From the IMG/VR virus record IMGVR_UViG_3300013382_000004: DNA of 64,000 nucleotides. The stretch is one strand, 5' to 3'. This document shows, piece after piece, positions 51,281-62,641 of the stretch. The notes under the pieces were generated by a model that saw nothing but the letters and a program-made list of their open reading frames with translations, did not search any database and was not told where the DNA came from. Source of the DNA: a virus (lineage: Duplodnaviria; Caudoviricetes). The position numbers and the translations under genes are program-made. Position 1 is the stretch's first letter. The number at the start of each line of letters is the position of its first letter.

Positions 51281-51931
51281 ATGAAACTGAACGATGCTAA
51301 GTATCTGGAATCTATCTCTTCTCCTGTTGTCTTTATTTCTACTGGTAACTCCAAACTTGGTAAATTTATCGGAGCTATCAACCTTCCTGCTGGTAAAACT
51401 TGTAATCCTGATGCGCCTTGTCGCAAATATTGCTATGCTTTAAAGGGACATTATGTGTTTGCGTCTGCCAAGAGCGTGAGAGAACGCAATCTGAATATTT
51501 ATAAAACTAATCCTAAGTCTTTCTTTAACCAGCTTTCTTGTAACACAGCATTTTTTAAAATGGTAAGGTGGCATGATTCTGGTGATATCGTAGATAGAGC
51601 TTATTTAGAGGGGATGTGTAAAGTCGCAAGAGATAATCCTGATGTTAAATATTTAGCATTTACTAAACAATTTCAGATTGTGAACAACTATTTAGCGACA
51701 GGAGAAACAATTCCTGATAATCTTAAAATTGTTTTTAGCACTTGGGGAAACTGGATTCCTGAAAATCCGTTCCATTTACCTATGACTTTTGTTCGTTTTA
51801 AAGTAAAGGCGATGGAGGGACAAAATCAAAAGATTCCTGAAGATTCTTTTGAATGTTTAGGAAATTGTGCCACTTGTGGTAAATGCTGGAATCTTAAGAA
51901 AGGGGAATCTGTGGTTTTCAACCAGCATTAA
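51281..51931 (+). CDS. GP88-like (radical-SAM-like) protein
   Basis: GNSKLG..NLPAGKTC..PCRKYCYA..RWHDSGD..FTK..CATCGKCW. Confidence 0.7.
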   Translation: MKLNDAKYLESISSPVVFISTGNSKLGKFIGAINLPAGKTCNPDAPCRKYCYALKGHYVFASAKSVRERNLNIYKTNPKSFFNQLSCNTAFFKMVRWHDSGDIVDRAYLEGMCKVARDNPDVKYLAFTKQFQIVNNYLATGETIPDNLKIVFSTWGNWIPENPFHLPMTFVRFKVKAMEGQNQKIPEDSFECLGNCATCGKCWNLKKGESVVFNQH

Positions 51932-51958
51932 TGTTATAATAAGAAAGGAGGTGATACG

Positions 51959-52561
51959 ATGTTGTATGCTTTATTTGCATTCTTTGTAGGTTTGTTTGGT
52001 GCGGTAATCTTCAATCAAGGTTTGTTCGGAAATGCCTTGTCTACCATTGTCGTTTTTCTTCTTACAATTCCTGTTGTATTTGCAATTGGAGGTGAACTTT
52101 ATAAACAAAAGGAGGAAGAACAAAAACAACAAGCAGAATTCGAACGAAAACAGAGAGTCGCAAGAGGTCATCTTGAAGATGATTTAACTCCAAGACAGAG
52201 AGCACTTTGGGATATTCTTCATAAGTACCGTGATAGTGATGTTTTAATATGGAACATTATCAACAGAACTAAAAAAGAACATGAACTGGAAATGTGGAAT
52301 TGGAAGCATAATAAGGAGTTAAAAGAAAAGTATTTTGCTGAGTATTGTAAAGCCGAGAGAGAAGGTGATTTATTAAAAGCAAAAGTTAAGTACAATACAT
52401 TTACGTATTATGAACGTGATACGGAAAATGCAGCTAAAGAACTCAAAGAAAAAGGACTTCTTGACAAATATGGGAATTATACCTTTTGGGATAATTTTCC
52501 TGATAATTGGAAGTTGTCTGATGAAGAGTTAGAGGCATTAGATTATGAGGATGATGATTGA
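51959..52561 (+). CDS. Membrane protein
   Basis: Two N-terminal TM segments, GGAGGTG RBS. Confidence 0.7.
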   Translation: MLYALFAFFVGLFGAVIFNQGLFGNALSTIVVFLLTIPVVFAIGGELYKQKEEEQKQQAEFERKQRVARGHLEDDLTPRQRALWDILHKYRDSDVLIWNIINRTKKEHELEMWNWKHNKELKEKYFAEYCKAEREGDLLKAKVKYNTFTYYERDTENAAKELKEKGLLDKYGNYTFWDNFPDNWKLSDEELEALDYEDDD

Positions 52562-52616
52562 AAGGAGGTGATATATATGTAGATTCCTTAAAATCTAATG
52601 AAAGGAGGTGATTTGC

Positions 52617-52691
52617 ATAACTTTTGAAGGTATTGCTCTTTGTTTTGAGCTGTCTATCTTTATTCTTATCTTGATTGGTAAGAGTATGTAA
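52617..52691 (+). CDS. Putative 24 aa hydrophobic peptide (ATA start), type I toxin-like
   Basis: GAAAGGAGGTG RBS; TFEGIALCFELSIFILILIGKSM; hairpin at 52701-52735. Confidence 0.4.
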   Translation: MTFEGIALCFELSIFILILIGKSM

Positions 52692-52805
52692 TCACCAAAC
52701 AGGACTGGTAGAAGATAAAAACTTTTACCAGTCCTAACCATCGAAATTCCTGTGTTTTTAATTCACAAAAACTATAAAATTTAAATTTCTTAAAGGAGTA
52801 TTATT

Positions 52806-53090
52806 ATGTCTACTTTTTCTGTTTCTTCTGTTTTTGCTGAAGTTATGTCTGAAATGCTTGACTCTTACTTTGCAGAATGTATCTGTCATTTTAACAAGAT
52901 TTGTATGCGTAAGCGTAAGGGTGAAACCACCCGTTATTTTTTCTCTATGAAAGAAGTAAATTATGTCAAGAATAATCTTCAGAATCCTGATAGTGTCACT
53001 GTCAAACCTTTGTATGATAATGGCTTTATTTGGTGTTATGAAATGGATTATGCTCAGGTAGTTAAAGAAAAGAGAGGTGGTAATAAATGA
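52806..53090 (+). CDS. Hypothetical protein
   Basis: AAGGAG RBS. Confidence 0.6.
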   Translation: MSTFSVSSVFAEVMSEMLDSYFAECICHFNKICMRKRKGETTRYFFSMKEVNYVKNNLQNPDSVTVKPLYDNGFIWCYEMDYAQVVKEKRGGNK

Positions 53091-53277
53091 CAATTATTTA
53101 TCTTAAAAATTATTCTGAGTTATATTGTGACTATATTATTTGGGATGAGCTAAATCAATTCGCTCAGTTATATAGTAACAATAGCAATAATGGTAATAAT
53201 CATAAAGATATTCCTTATTCTGATATTCAGAATATCGAATATAAATAATTTAAAAAAATGAAAGGTAGTGTTAAATT

Positions 53278-53886
53278 ATGACTATGGTTCTCTTTGTTAG
53301 CTTGTTGTTGGCTTTTTGTTGGCAAATTCCTCCTTTGCGTGTTTTTATTATTGTCTGTGCACTTTTCTTCTTATTATGCTTTTTGTTAACATTAACAGAA
53401 AAAGATAAGTATACCTACAAAATCAAAAAGGACAGCAATTGGTCAAAGATAATGGAGGAATATGCTAAAAAGCGAAGAAGACTCGAAATTTATAACGAGG
53501 ATTATGCTTTTCATCGGTGGCAGGAAAATCAATTCAGTTATTATGCACCGCTTTACAAAGAAAAAATGGATAATCCACCGAAGACAAAAGTAATTGTCCA
53601 GCTCAAAGATAAATCAGCTCCTATATATCTTTCAGATGAAATGACCTGTAATGAAAGGTTAAATGAGCTTCATTTGCGATATAGAGGAAAAGATGATGTT
53701 ATTTCTGTTCCACTTGATAAGATAAAAGCTGTTACAGTAGTTTCTGCTGGAGAATGCTTTGCTATTTCAGGAGGCTACATGGGTCTCGTGGAAAGAATGT
53801 GTGGAGGGAAAGCTACACCTGATAAATTAATAACAAAGGACAAACATTTTGTATGGCTTTTTGAAAATCTCCCATCGTATCAATAA
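53278..53886 (+). CDS. Membrane protein
   Basis: Two N-terminal TM segments. Confidence 0.65.
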   Translation: MTMVLFVSLLLAFCWQIPPLRVFIIVCALFFLLCFLLTLTEKDKYTYKIKKDSNWSKIMEEYAKKRRRLEIYNEDYAFHRWQENQFSYYAPLYKEKMDNPPKTKVIVQLKDKSAPIYLSDEMTCNERLNELHLRYRGKDDVISVPLDKIKAVTVVSAGECFAISGGYMGLVERMCGGKATPDKLITKDKHFVWLFENLPSYQ

Positions 53887-54426
53887 ATGAAGTCTTGGTA
53901 GGGAGGGTGGGTTAGACTTCTCAGCACTTATAGTTACTCAGTGACTATAAGTTAAGATTCTTACTCAGTGAGAATCTATTTCCCTTTTTACAGGGAATCT
54001 TTTTCCTTATTTAAGGGGAGATTTTTTCCATATCCTGCGGGGGGTTTTAATCCTTCCCCACCACCACCCCCAAAAATTTAATATCTTCATCAAGAAAAGA
54101 GAAACGCCTTCTTTTCAATAAACCACAAACAAGTGGCAAAACTTTTTCAGGTGCGTCGGTTCCGAAGGGGATACTATGTTCTTATCCTTACTTATTCCTC
54201 CCAACCCACCCACCCCTTTTAAGTAAACCTCGGCGGGACTCTTTTTGTGCTTCGCACCCCCATTTCATTGCTGCTCATTTCAACCACAAAAATCAAAAAA
54301 CAGTTTCCCACAAACCTACTATATCACTTCTAATTTTATCCATGAAAAAAGCCCATCTCTGAAGAGGATATCAGAGTGAGCTTCTTTCAATTTTGGAGAA
54401 CAGAACAGAGAAAATTTATCTAAGTC

Positions 54427-54738
54427 TTATTCAGACTTTTTATTCATTTTTTCCATGCGAACCTTAGCCATATGTCTGCCACGTTCTTTAGCAGCTTCCT
54501 TTTGTTCTTCAGTCATATTTTGACTTCTTGGAGGTTTGGGATTTCTCATCCACTTAGCAGGAACTTTAATAGTTAAGCATCTATTCTGACCATCAGTGTC
54601 ATAGCTATCAGATACAATGCTTACTTCATCAGGATAATCCTTAAGATACTCTTCCATGGTTCTAATTACAGTAAAATAATCAGAACTCCATACTGCTACA
54701 TCTTCTCCATGAATGAAATCAATATTAGTTTCAGCCAT
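54427..54738 (-). CDS. Hypothetical protein
   Basis: GGAGG RBS before MAETNI; KVPAKW..PPR..MTEEQKEAAKERG. Confidence 0.7.
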   Translation of the reverse strand: MAETNIDFIHGEDVAVWSSDYFTVIRTMEEYLKDYPDEVSIVSDSYDTDGQNRCLTIKVPAKWMRNPKPPRSQNMTEEQKEAAKERGRHMAKVRMEKMNKKSE

Positions 54739-55240
54739 TAGAATTATCCTCCTTTGAATTTTTGTTTGCATTATTTAAATTCTCATCATATTTCTTAACC
54801 ATATATTCTGGTTTGTAGTATGGTTTAACTTCTGCTCCATGTTTAATGAGCCATTTATTAATAACCTCACCTAAATCAGAAGCACACCTACTACAAATGT
54901 AAGGTTGCATTTCCTCTACGGCAAAATGATAAGGTGCAAGTGTTGTAAGTAAAGATAGATTTAATCTACGTCCTGAATAAACAGGCTCTTTACAACATAC
55001 ACAATGAGGAGAGTCATCTTTCTTAAGTCTGCTTTTATTTACAGTCCCTACTTCTGCCCCCATTTCAAACTTTGTCAAAAGCTTGCTATCTTCATTACCA
55101 ACTTCTGTCTTGGTAGTCTCAATAGAATCTAACAAAACCTCGTCAGGTTTTGAGACTTCCTTTACAACATCCTCACTAGAGTTCGATGTGACAGTATCAG
55201 TAACGGGCAAAGGATTTTTACGGGGTCTACCTCTCGGCAT
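54731..55240 (-). CDS. AT-hook + Zn-binding protein
   Basis: MPRGRPRK; CVCC..CSRC; sigma-A promoter near 55279-55307. Confidence 0.65.
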   Translation of the reverse strand: MPRGRPRKNPLPVTDTVTSNSSEDVVKEVSKPDEVLLDSIETTKTEVGNEDSKLLTKFEMGAEVGTVNKSRLKKDDSPHCVCCKEPVYSGRRLNLSLLTTLAPYHFAVEEMQPYICSRCASDLGEVINKWLIKHGAEVKPYYKPEYMVKKYDENLNNANKNSKEDNSNG

Positions 55241-55866
55241 TAATCATACACCTCTCTTTACATCTCTTTACATTAATTATTATAACAGAATGCCTGTAGC
55301 TTGTCAAGGGTTTAATAACATTTCATTACAGATAATTATTAAACTTCTCTTGACTTACTACAGACATTTGGCAACTTCAGTTGCCATGGATTTCATAGGT
55401 CATATAGAGCATACTTGAGTAAAAACAAATCCTTAACAGGATTTGAGCAATAGATATACAACTAAACAAAATTATGGATTAATGGTATTATCTTAAATAC
55501 TTTATATTAATTACTTATAAATTTCGTTCTATTTTTTGTTGCATCATCATTTAGGTAAAAGTATACTACTAATTTTCAGTAGCTTTGTACTTTTGTATTT
55601 AATTATTATTATAATTAAATCTACTTGAAGAGCGGTCTTGGCAAACCCAATACAAATATTATTTTTCTTTTTATTTTAATTTATTTATATTTCTTTTTGC
55701 TTTTCTTTTGATTTAATTATAATTATAATTACTTTTCAGTCTAAATTTAATTTAACCCCTTCCAAGGTCAAATTTATATTCAAACCGTACTCAAGTCCTA
55801 AGCTTGCTTACAAATGAATTATATTAATTATAAATTAATTGCTTTATTATTTAAATTAGCCTTGTT

Positions 55867-56961
55867 TTAATTTTCTCTGGTATAATTAATTACAGGTTCA
55901 TCTTTTAAAGCAAAAAATTTATGTCCACCAATATAGTTAGTGGTACTTCCATCTTCTGCAATATAAGTAATTGGCTTTAAAGTTTTAGCATTTTCATGCC
56001 ATGTACCTTTACTATATGCAGGAGCATAAAAGAATAATACAAAATCATCCGTAGGCATGTTACAATCATCGAATATCTCTTTTACTGCTTGTCTACATTC
56101 ATCAGTAGCATTTGTGTTGCCATAGGCTTTAAGACATTCTTTTTCAAATTCATCAATGTCCTTATATCCACTATAAGAATATTGCTTTCTTACTTGTGAG
56201 GGGGACATATTGTCTCTCAACATAGCATTGTAAATTGCTTGTGCTACGAGCTTTTTGCCTACAAAAGGTTGATTACCACTCTCACCAGCTACAATGCTCT
56301 CTACTACATGACGCTCAGAATCAGTCAGATGAATTAAATATGCGTAGCGATAAGTTGAAGTCTTTGATTCTACTTGTTTAAGACTAGAATTAGTCTTGTT
56401 TAGTTCAAGACTAGAATTAATCTTGTTTAGTTCAAGATTGGAATCAGTCTTGCTTTGTTCAAGGCTCGAACTTTCTGTGTTTGAAGATTCAGAAGTTGAA
56501 CTATTTTGAGAATACTGTATGCTCACGTCTGAAAAATTAAATACAGATTCTTCATCCTCAATAGTAACCAGCTTGTTCATGTCCACATAAAAAATTCTAT
56601 CGGGACTAATATTTTCAAGATTATTCAAGTCCCAATAATTTTCTTTTTGTGTCTGAAAGTTTTCAATTGCTATATAATGAGGAGATGTATTTATGTCTGT
56701 ATCAGAAGAGGAAACTTCATCAACTGTCCTGTTTAAGGCTTGTGCATATCCAATTCCACTTACCACTAAGCTGAATGTAAGACAGGTTGTGATTACAAGC
56801 AACGCTTGTGCGTTAATTGCTTTACGAATACTTGTCTTGATTAGGGGATGTGTGTTTGTGAGTTTTAAATCGTTTTGATTTGTATGTGTGTTATATGCAG
56901 GGCTATATTCAAGTCCACACTTGGGCTTGGCGTATTTAATTGTATATTTCTTGTTTGTCAT
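55867..56961 (-). CDS. Membrane-anchored SleB-like cell wall hydrolase (Hydrolase_2)
   Basis: TM segment, Ser-rich linker, IVAGESGNQPFVGKKLVAQAIYN, LFFYAP, IGGHKFF. Confidence 0.75.
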   Translation of the reverse strand: MTNKKYTIKYAKPKCGLEYSPAYNTHTNQNDLKLTNTHPLIKTSIRKAINAQALLVITTCLTFSLVVSGIGYAQALNRTVDEVSSSDTDINTSPHYIAIENFQTQKENYWDLNNLENISPDRIFYVDMNKLVTIEDEESVFNFSDVSIQYSQNSSTSESSNTESSSLEQSKTDSNLELNKINSSLELNKTNSSLKQVESKTSTYRYAYLIHLTDSERHVVESIVAGESGNQPFVGKKLVAQAIYNAMLRDNMSPSQVRKQYSYSGYKDIDEFEKECLKAYGNTNATDECRQAVKEIFDDCNMPTDDFVLFFYAPAYSKGTWHENAKTLKPITYIAEDGSTTNYIGGHKFFALKDEPVINYTREN

Positions 56962-57738
56962 TTCTTGCTTCTTTGCTTTAACTTTAGTTAAGGCAAAGTT
57001 TTCTTCCTTCCTTAAGTCTATATGATGAATAACTTATATTAAGATACAGATTCTTAATAGGTCACTCACCCTTAACGCTTAGGTCGTTGGCAATAATGTT
57101 TATTACCGAAGCTCTATACAACCTTAGATACATTGTAACATAAAGGAAGGTATTTGTCAAGAAGTTAATGGAGATTTGATTACAAATTGTAACTTTTTTT
57201 ATGGTGAATTTTATGGTGAATGCTATAATAAAAACGTTGGATGGTTGAAAACTAGAACGTGGTCTAGAATGGAGTACAGAATGGAGTTTGGAATAGAATC
57301 TGGAATGGTTGTGAACAAATTATGAACTTTTTGTAAAAATTTTTTGAATAAATGCGAATTGGTTTTGCCTCCCTCTCTATACCTAAAAGAGCACCAGAAC
57401 GGGAAAATGGGCAAAATTGGTGCTCGATACGTCAGTCCAAATGTACCAAATATTCCAAGAATGTTCCAAACATTCCATTAAATGTACTAAACATACCATA
57501 ATGTTCCATACAATGTTTTTTCTCAGGCAAAATTATCGTTTAACGATAATTCCACTCACAAACTTCTCACAAACTTCTCACAAACTTCTTGCTACCTCAC
57601 TTCACTTTTACAAGATTCTTGTTACTATCAAGACACCCGTCAACTCACAAGTAAAGTCTATTTTACGCACTACGATTTTTCCCGTGACATTTAAGGCTGA
57701 AACCTAATCCAACCATCAATTCATCGCATGAGCGATTC

Positions 57739-58323
57739 TCAAATTTCATCACAAAGTTCCAATCTCTTCAAATCTTTATCAATCCCTCTTAAAATCTCAT
57801 TCCCATACTTTTCATTCCCAAGTTCCCTCATGAAACCATCCAATTCTTCTCTACTCATATTACCAGCAACAGCATAAAACTTATAGTTCACAAGTCTATG
57901 TTCGCTATCTGTAGGAAAGTTAATAGTCTTATATCTTTCAAGTTTTCTTTCTTCAAAACAATTAGCGCATACCCCAGTATATCCAGAATTAGGATTATAT
58001 TTGGGATAGTAAATATAACATCCACACTTAGGACACTTATCTACAAACCACTGAGTTACGTATCTTAATTTTTCACTCTTAGCATTACGAATATTAACAG
58101 GAAAGCGTAATTTACCTCTCAACAAATTCTTTAAGTCATAATTGTCAAGTTCCAAATCTCCATTATTAACTTTAAAATCTAAAATATCAAAAATATTTTT
58201 CTCAATATAAACAGTAATCATGACATTATCGCTTTTAAAGCACTCATTTAACTCATTGAGCTTTAACATATATTCATCATCAAGTCTTTGTTTAGCTTTT
58301 CTTAAATAAGTATTTTTATCCAT
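57739..58323 (-). CDS. Zn-ribbon hypothetical protein
   Basis: CPKCGC..CANCFEE; GGAGG RBS. Confidence 0.65.
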   Translation of the reverse strand: MDKNTYLRKAKQRLDDEYMLKLNELNECFKSDNVMITVYIEKNIFDILDFKVNNGDLELDNYDLKNLLRGKLRFPVNIRNAKSEKLRYVTQWFVDKCPKCGCYIYYPKYNPNSGYTGVCANCFEERKLERYKTINFPTDSEHRLVNYKFYAVAGNMSREELDGFMRELGNEKYGNEILRGIDKDLKRLELCDEI

Positions 58324-58355
58324 TACCAAAAGACCTCCTGTTTTGGTAAATTTAT

Positions 58356-58930
58356 TTACCAGTACACTTCCTGTTCAGGATTAGTACAATTGAGAGCGTC
58401 ACTCTCGTGACAATCTTTCATAAATTCATCAAATTCATATTCACTAATAATACCATATCTATGCCATGTATTCAAGACCTGACAAGGGCTTGTCAGATTT
58501 GTCTTAACAGTTCCAACAGTTGCCATAGATACTTTTTTAGCATCTTCTTTAGTCTTGAAAGTAATAGCAAAATCACCCACAAGATGTTCCTTGAAACATT
58601 CAGAACAAACAAACCAATCTCTATAACAATAAAAAGTATTACAACCACAATTACACTTATAAGTAATCCATTTATTAACAGTCATCTTATAATACTTAAG
58701 TTTTCCTGCTAACAAATCTCTAATATTATCTCTCCAAGTATTATCACAACCGCAATACATATCACAGTAATTTATCGCGCGAGCGATGCTCGCAAATCAT
58801 GATGGCCGTAACAAGAAGATTGTTGATTATCAGTAAAGATAAGCACATATAATTTATTTTCATCTAAAGCTTCTTCAAGATTCTTCTCAAGCTGTTCTTT
58901 TTTCTTTTTAATATACTCTTCCTTATTCAT
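58356..58930 (-). pseudogene. Split/frameshifted paralogue of 57739-58323
   Basis: 58772-58930 matches the paralogue N-terminus and 58356-58760 its C-terminus, in different frames. Confidence 0.45.
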
Positions 58931-59329
58931 AACATTCACATCTATTCTCTATCAAAATTCTATCCACAACAATTATAAATATAATAAACTTTTTCTCTAC
59001 AATTAATTCTAACTTAAAATAGGTCAAGTTATATCCCTAAAATTAAAATCGAAATTAGAAAGAAATTTTATTACAATTATAATTATTTTATATTTACATC
59101 ATTCCAACTGCGACAGCCAAACCAAGCACGCAAATAAAAATAATACCAATAACAGCCATATTCTTATTCCTTTATCTCATTAAAAAGATATACCAGTAAG
59201 CATATCCATACATACCTAAAAAGAAAAGACTTACTACTAAGCAAACAATTTTAAACAATTTATCCATATCTTTTATTAAGTATTAGTTAAGAAATAGTAA
59301 ACTTCTCCATTCTTTTTTATTCTTCTTTA

Positions 59330-59644
59330 TTATTTTTTTCTATATTCTTGAGCTTGAGTAAGATATTTATAAGCATCAACACCAAAATGAATCATAAGAG
59401 GTCTGATATTAATATCAATTCCAATATAGTCCATATCATTTACATAATTAAGAGTTCTTAAAGTTCTATTAAAATAGATAGAGAATTGATAGCCATGTAA
59501 AAAGATATTATCAATATCAAGCTCTGTAAAATAAGTAGCAAACAATACCATATTATATTTCTTATATTTAAGATACTTAATCTGAAACTTATTATTTTTA
59601 TACTTAGCAGAAGTATTGAGATGAATATTGTTGTTGTTTTTCAT
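59330..59644 (-). CDS. Hypothetical protein (weak paralogue of the next gene)
   Basis: PLMIHFGVDAYKYL vs TLMKCFNENAYYFL. Confidence 0.55.
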   Translation of the reverse strand: MKNNNNIHLNTSAKYKNNKFQIKYLKYKKYNMVLFATYFTELDIDNIFLHGYQFSIYFNRTLRTLNYVNDMDYIGIDINIRPLMIHFGVDAYKYLTQAQEYRKK

Positions 59645-59646
59645 AA

Positions 59647-59973
59647 TTAATTCTCTTTATTCTCAGGATATTTTCTTTTCAAAAAGTAATAAGCATTTTC
59701 ATTAAAGCACTTCATAAGAGTTCCAAAAGAGATAGGGTCATTAATAATCCAAACACCTAAAGACATATCTTCACAAGTAAAAGAAGAAACAACATTATTA
59801 TAAGAAGTCTCAAAGAAGATATACATAAGGTCAACATTATTTTTAAGCACATTACGCTTATAATAAGCAGAGACAGAAGTATTATTAAAATTAATATGCT
59901 CAAGAGTAGTAATTTTATATTTCTTATTACTTAAAGCACTCATCATATTTTTATTAAGAGAAATAGACTTCAT
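59647..59973 (-). CDS. Hypothetical protein
   Basis: AAGGGAG RBS before MKSISL. Confidence 0.55.
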   Translation of the reverse strand: MKSISLNKNMMSALSNKKYKITTLEHINFNNTSVSAYYKRNVLKNNVDLMYIFFETSYNNVVSSFTCEDMSLGVWIINDPISFGTLMKCFNENAYYFLKRKYPENKEN

Positions 59974-60613
59974 AATACAAACTCCCTTTATAGGGGAAGT
60001 TCTAAGTTCAGTGTTCGCACAAGTGCTCCACTTCACGTAAGAACTTCCAGAATCTCACATTACGAAAGATATATTACTTATTAATCCAATTCTTTTTTTA
60101 CTTGTTCTATTTGCTAAAGTAGCGTTTTTTCTACTTATTAAAGTAGTATTCTTTCTTACTATAGATATAATAGCAGATAAAGGTATGAAAGTCAATAGTT
60201 TAATAAGAAAAGTAACAAAAAATATAGAAAAAGTGTTACGAATCCCAACCCGTTAACCACCGTGATGCGGTGTTTGTATCATTATGAAAGATGGTCGCAT
60301 TACGCTCCGCCTGTCGCTAATGCTCTCTCTTTCATAATGCAAACATCCTCTCGCGGTTACGACTGCCAAATGAAGAAAGGGGGTAAGAGTTTGTAATCGT
60401 TCGCACGGCTCACTTCAACAAACTCTAACCTTTCTTTCATTTTCTGTCGTATGGTTTTTAAATGAAACAGGGAGGTATTATTTATTATTATCATTATAAA
60501 ATAAAAAAGGGTAAATACAGAAATTAAAAGTTTTAGAAAAATAGAGTTTCTTAGTGAATACGAGCGTCAGCGAAGTATGAAGTTAGAAACTCTCCTATTG
60601 AGGGACTTTTTCA

Positions 60614-61049
60614 AAAAACGTACATTTTGAAATTTTAGCAAATTTTTAAATGCAGTAAACATAAGGGTTTTAAGAGGGTCAAGTCAAAATTCGTCCTAAG
60701 AATAATATATAATATATCTATAGACAAATTTTGACCTGACCTCTTCAAAAGCCATATAAAATAAGGGTTTAAAAAATTGTCGATTTTTCAAAATGTACGT
60801 TTTTGGATTTTTAATAGTAAAACAAAGGAACAAATCAAAAATGGTGCAAAAATTTAAAAACAGCAAAAATTTTTAAAAGAAAAACACCAATAAAAATAAG
60901 GTAAAAAAGAAGGTCAAGGGAAATACCTTTCTCTTGTATTAAATAATAATATATATCCGAAAGATATTTCCCTTTTAAGAAAGAAAAGTCATATTTTTAA
61001 AGGGAAAAAAGGCTGTCTATTTTTTTTAATTTTTCAAATTTTGCACCAT
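60614..61049. repeat. Two large imperfect inverted repeats with AT-rich centres (candidate origin)
   Basis: AAAACGTACATTTTGAAA/TTTCAAAATGTACGTTTT with inner GGTCAAGTCAAAATT/AATTTTGACCTGACC; ATGGTGCAAAA/TTTTGCACCAT with inner AAGGGAAATA/TATTTCCCTT. Confidence 0.75.
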
Positions 61050-61069
61050 ATAAGAAAAAATAAGTAAAA

Positions 61070-62458
61070 TTAAGGGTCTTGAGAATTCTATATTTTAGAC
61101 CAAGATTTATTAAATAAATTTTCCCACACAGAATTTTTTTCAGAAGGATTAGAAGAAAGAGATTCAAGATTCTGAGGTATAAGTTTATCTAAATTAAGTT
61201 GAATCAAGTCTTTATTTAATTTTTCATATAAGAAAATTTCATACTATTGCGAAAGCTATACCGCTTTTTCTTCTTCTTTATTAGGAAATTCAACAGTTCC
61301 ATCTTGTTTTTTTATAACGTGTCTTGATTTTATAATTTCAGTGTGTTGTCTTTCTTCTTTAAGTTTAAGAATTTTCTTTTGAGATTCTTTGTTATTAGTA
61401 GTAAGATTCTTTCGTAAAAGTAATTCATCAAAAAAATCAGAAGTTTGATTTTTATAATGGGATTCATTTAAAGCAACAAGGGCAGTAGAATATTTAATTA
61501 AATAAGAAGGATAAGCAAAAACTGCTCCAAGACGGTTAATAAGTCCTTGTGTCATTTTTTGTTCAAATTCTTTTTGTTTACCATTTGAAATTAAACTTGA
61601 AAAACAATTGCAGCCCAAGTCTATAAAAATTTGACCTCTAAGATTAACATAGGTATCTATTTCTTTAGAAGTTAAAGGTCGTTCTTTATAAGTAACAAGA
61701 AGTGGTTCTTTGTTTTTAAGAGGTAAATAAAAACTTCCATTCTCTTCATATATAGCTGAATAGTCTGCATCAAATGGTAATTTATCTTTATCAATAAATC
61801 CACCTACAATAGTATTTTGTAAAAAAATAACTCCTTCTTTTTCTAATTGGCTTAAAATGGATTCTACTTGATAATAATTCTACTTTGAGGTATGGGAATC
61901 ATAATCTTCTAATACACTCATTGTATGTTTTGCTAAAACAAATTCATTCTTTTTTCTTGTTTCTCTTATTTCTTTTTTAGGTTCTGTGGCAAAGGGATAT
62001 CTAGAATCTTTTAAATCTAAAGTATATTTTTCTAAACGCTTACCATAAATATAGGGAGAAGAATGGAAATGTTTGAAATTTTCATTCTATAAACCTATTG
62101 CAGTAGCCAAATCTCCTTTAGAAATACAAAGATTTTCTCCATTCGTATATTGTCCATATATATTAAGGAACGAGCAAAAAATCCAGATAGCAGTATTTTG
62201 GTATAATTCTTTAACTACAGCTTGATAATATTCTTCAGGAGGAACAACTTTGATATTGATAAATTTATCTTTGCTTTTTCTCCAAGTAAAACATTTTTTC
62301 CAATTTTCTAATTGTTTCTTTTGATGTTTCTTTTGCGACGGTTTGGAATAATCGGTTTCATCAAGCAGCTTACAAAGTTCTTTATAATTATCAACAGAAG
62401 AAACATTAGATAGTTTTTCCTAAACTCTAAGATAAAGGCTCTATTTCTAATTAGCCAT
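61070..62458 (-). CDS. DNA-binding/replication-initiator-like protein, 462 aa (eight TAG)
   Basis: AAGGAG RBS; frame open to TAA with TAG read-through; NYKELCKLLDE..KKQLENW; the function is inferred. Confidence 0.7.
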
Positions 62459-62641
62459 AAATTATCTCCTTTATATAAATAGTATTAATAATTGCACAAT
62501 ATGGCAAATTCTATTAATCCAAATACATAATAACACACAAAAGTCAAGTTGTCAAGTACAATTTAAAACAAAAAATAAACTTGTTTATCCGATATGAGAT
62601 AAACAAGTTTATATATAGATTTATATAAATATTTTTAATAT

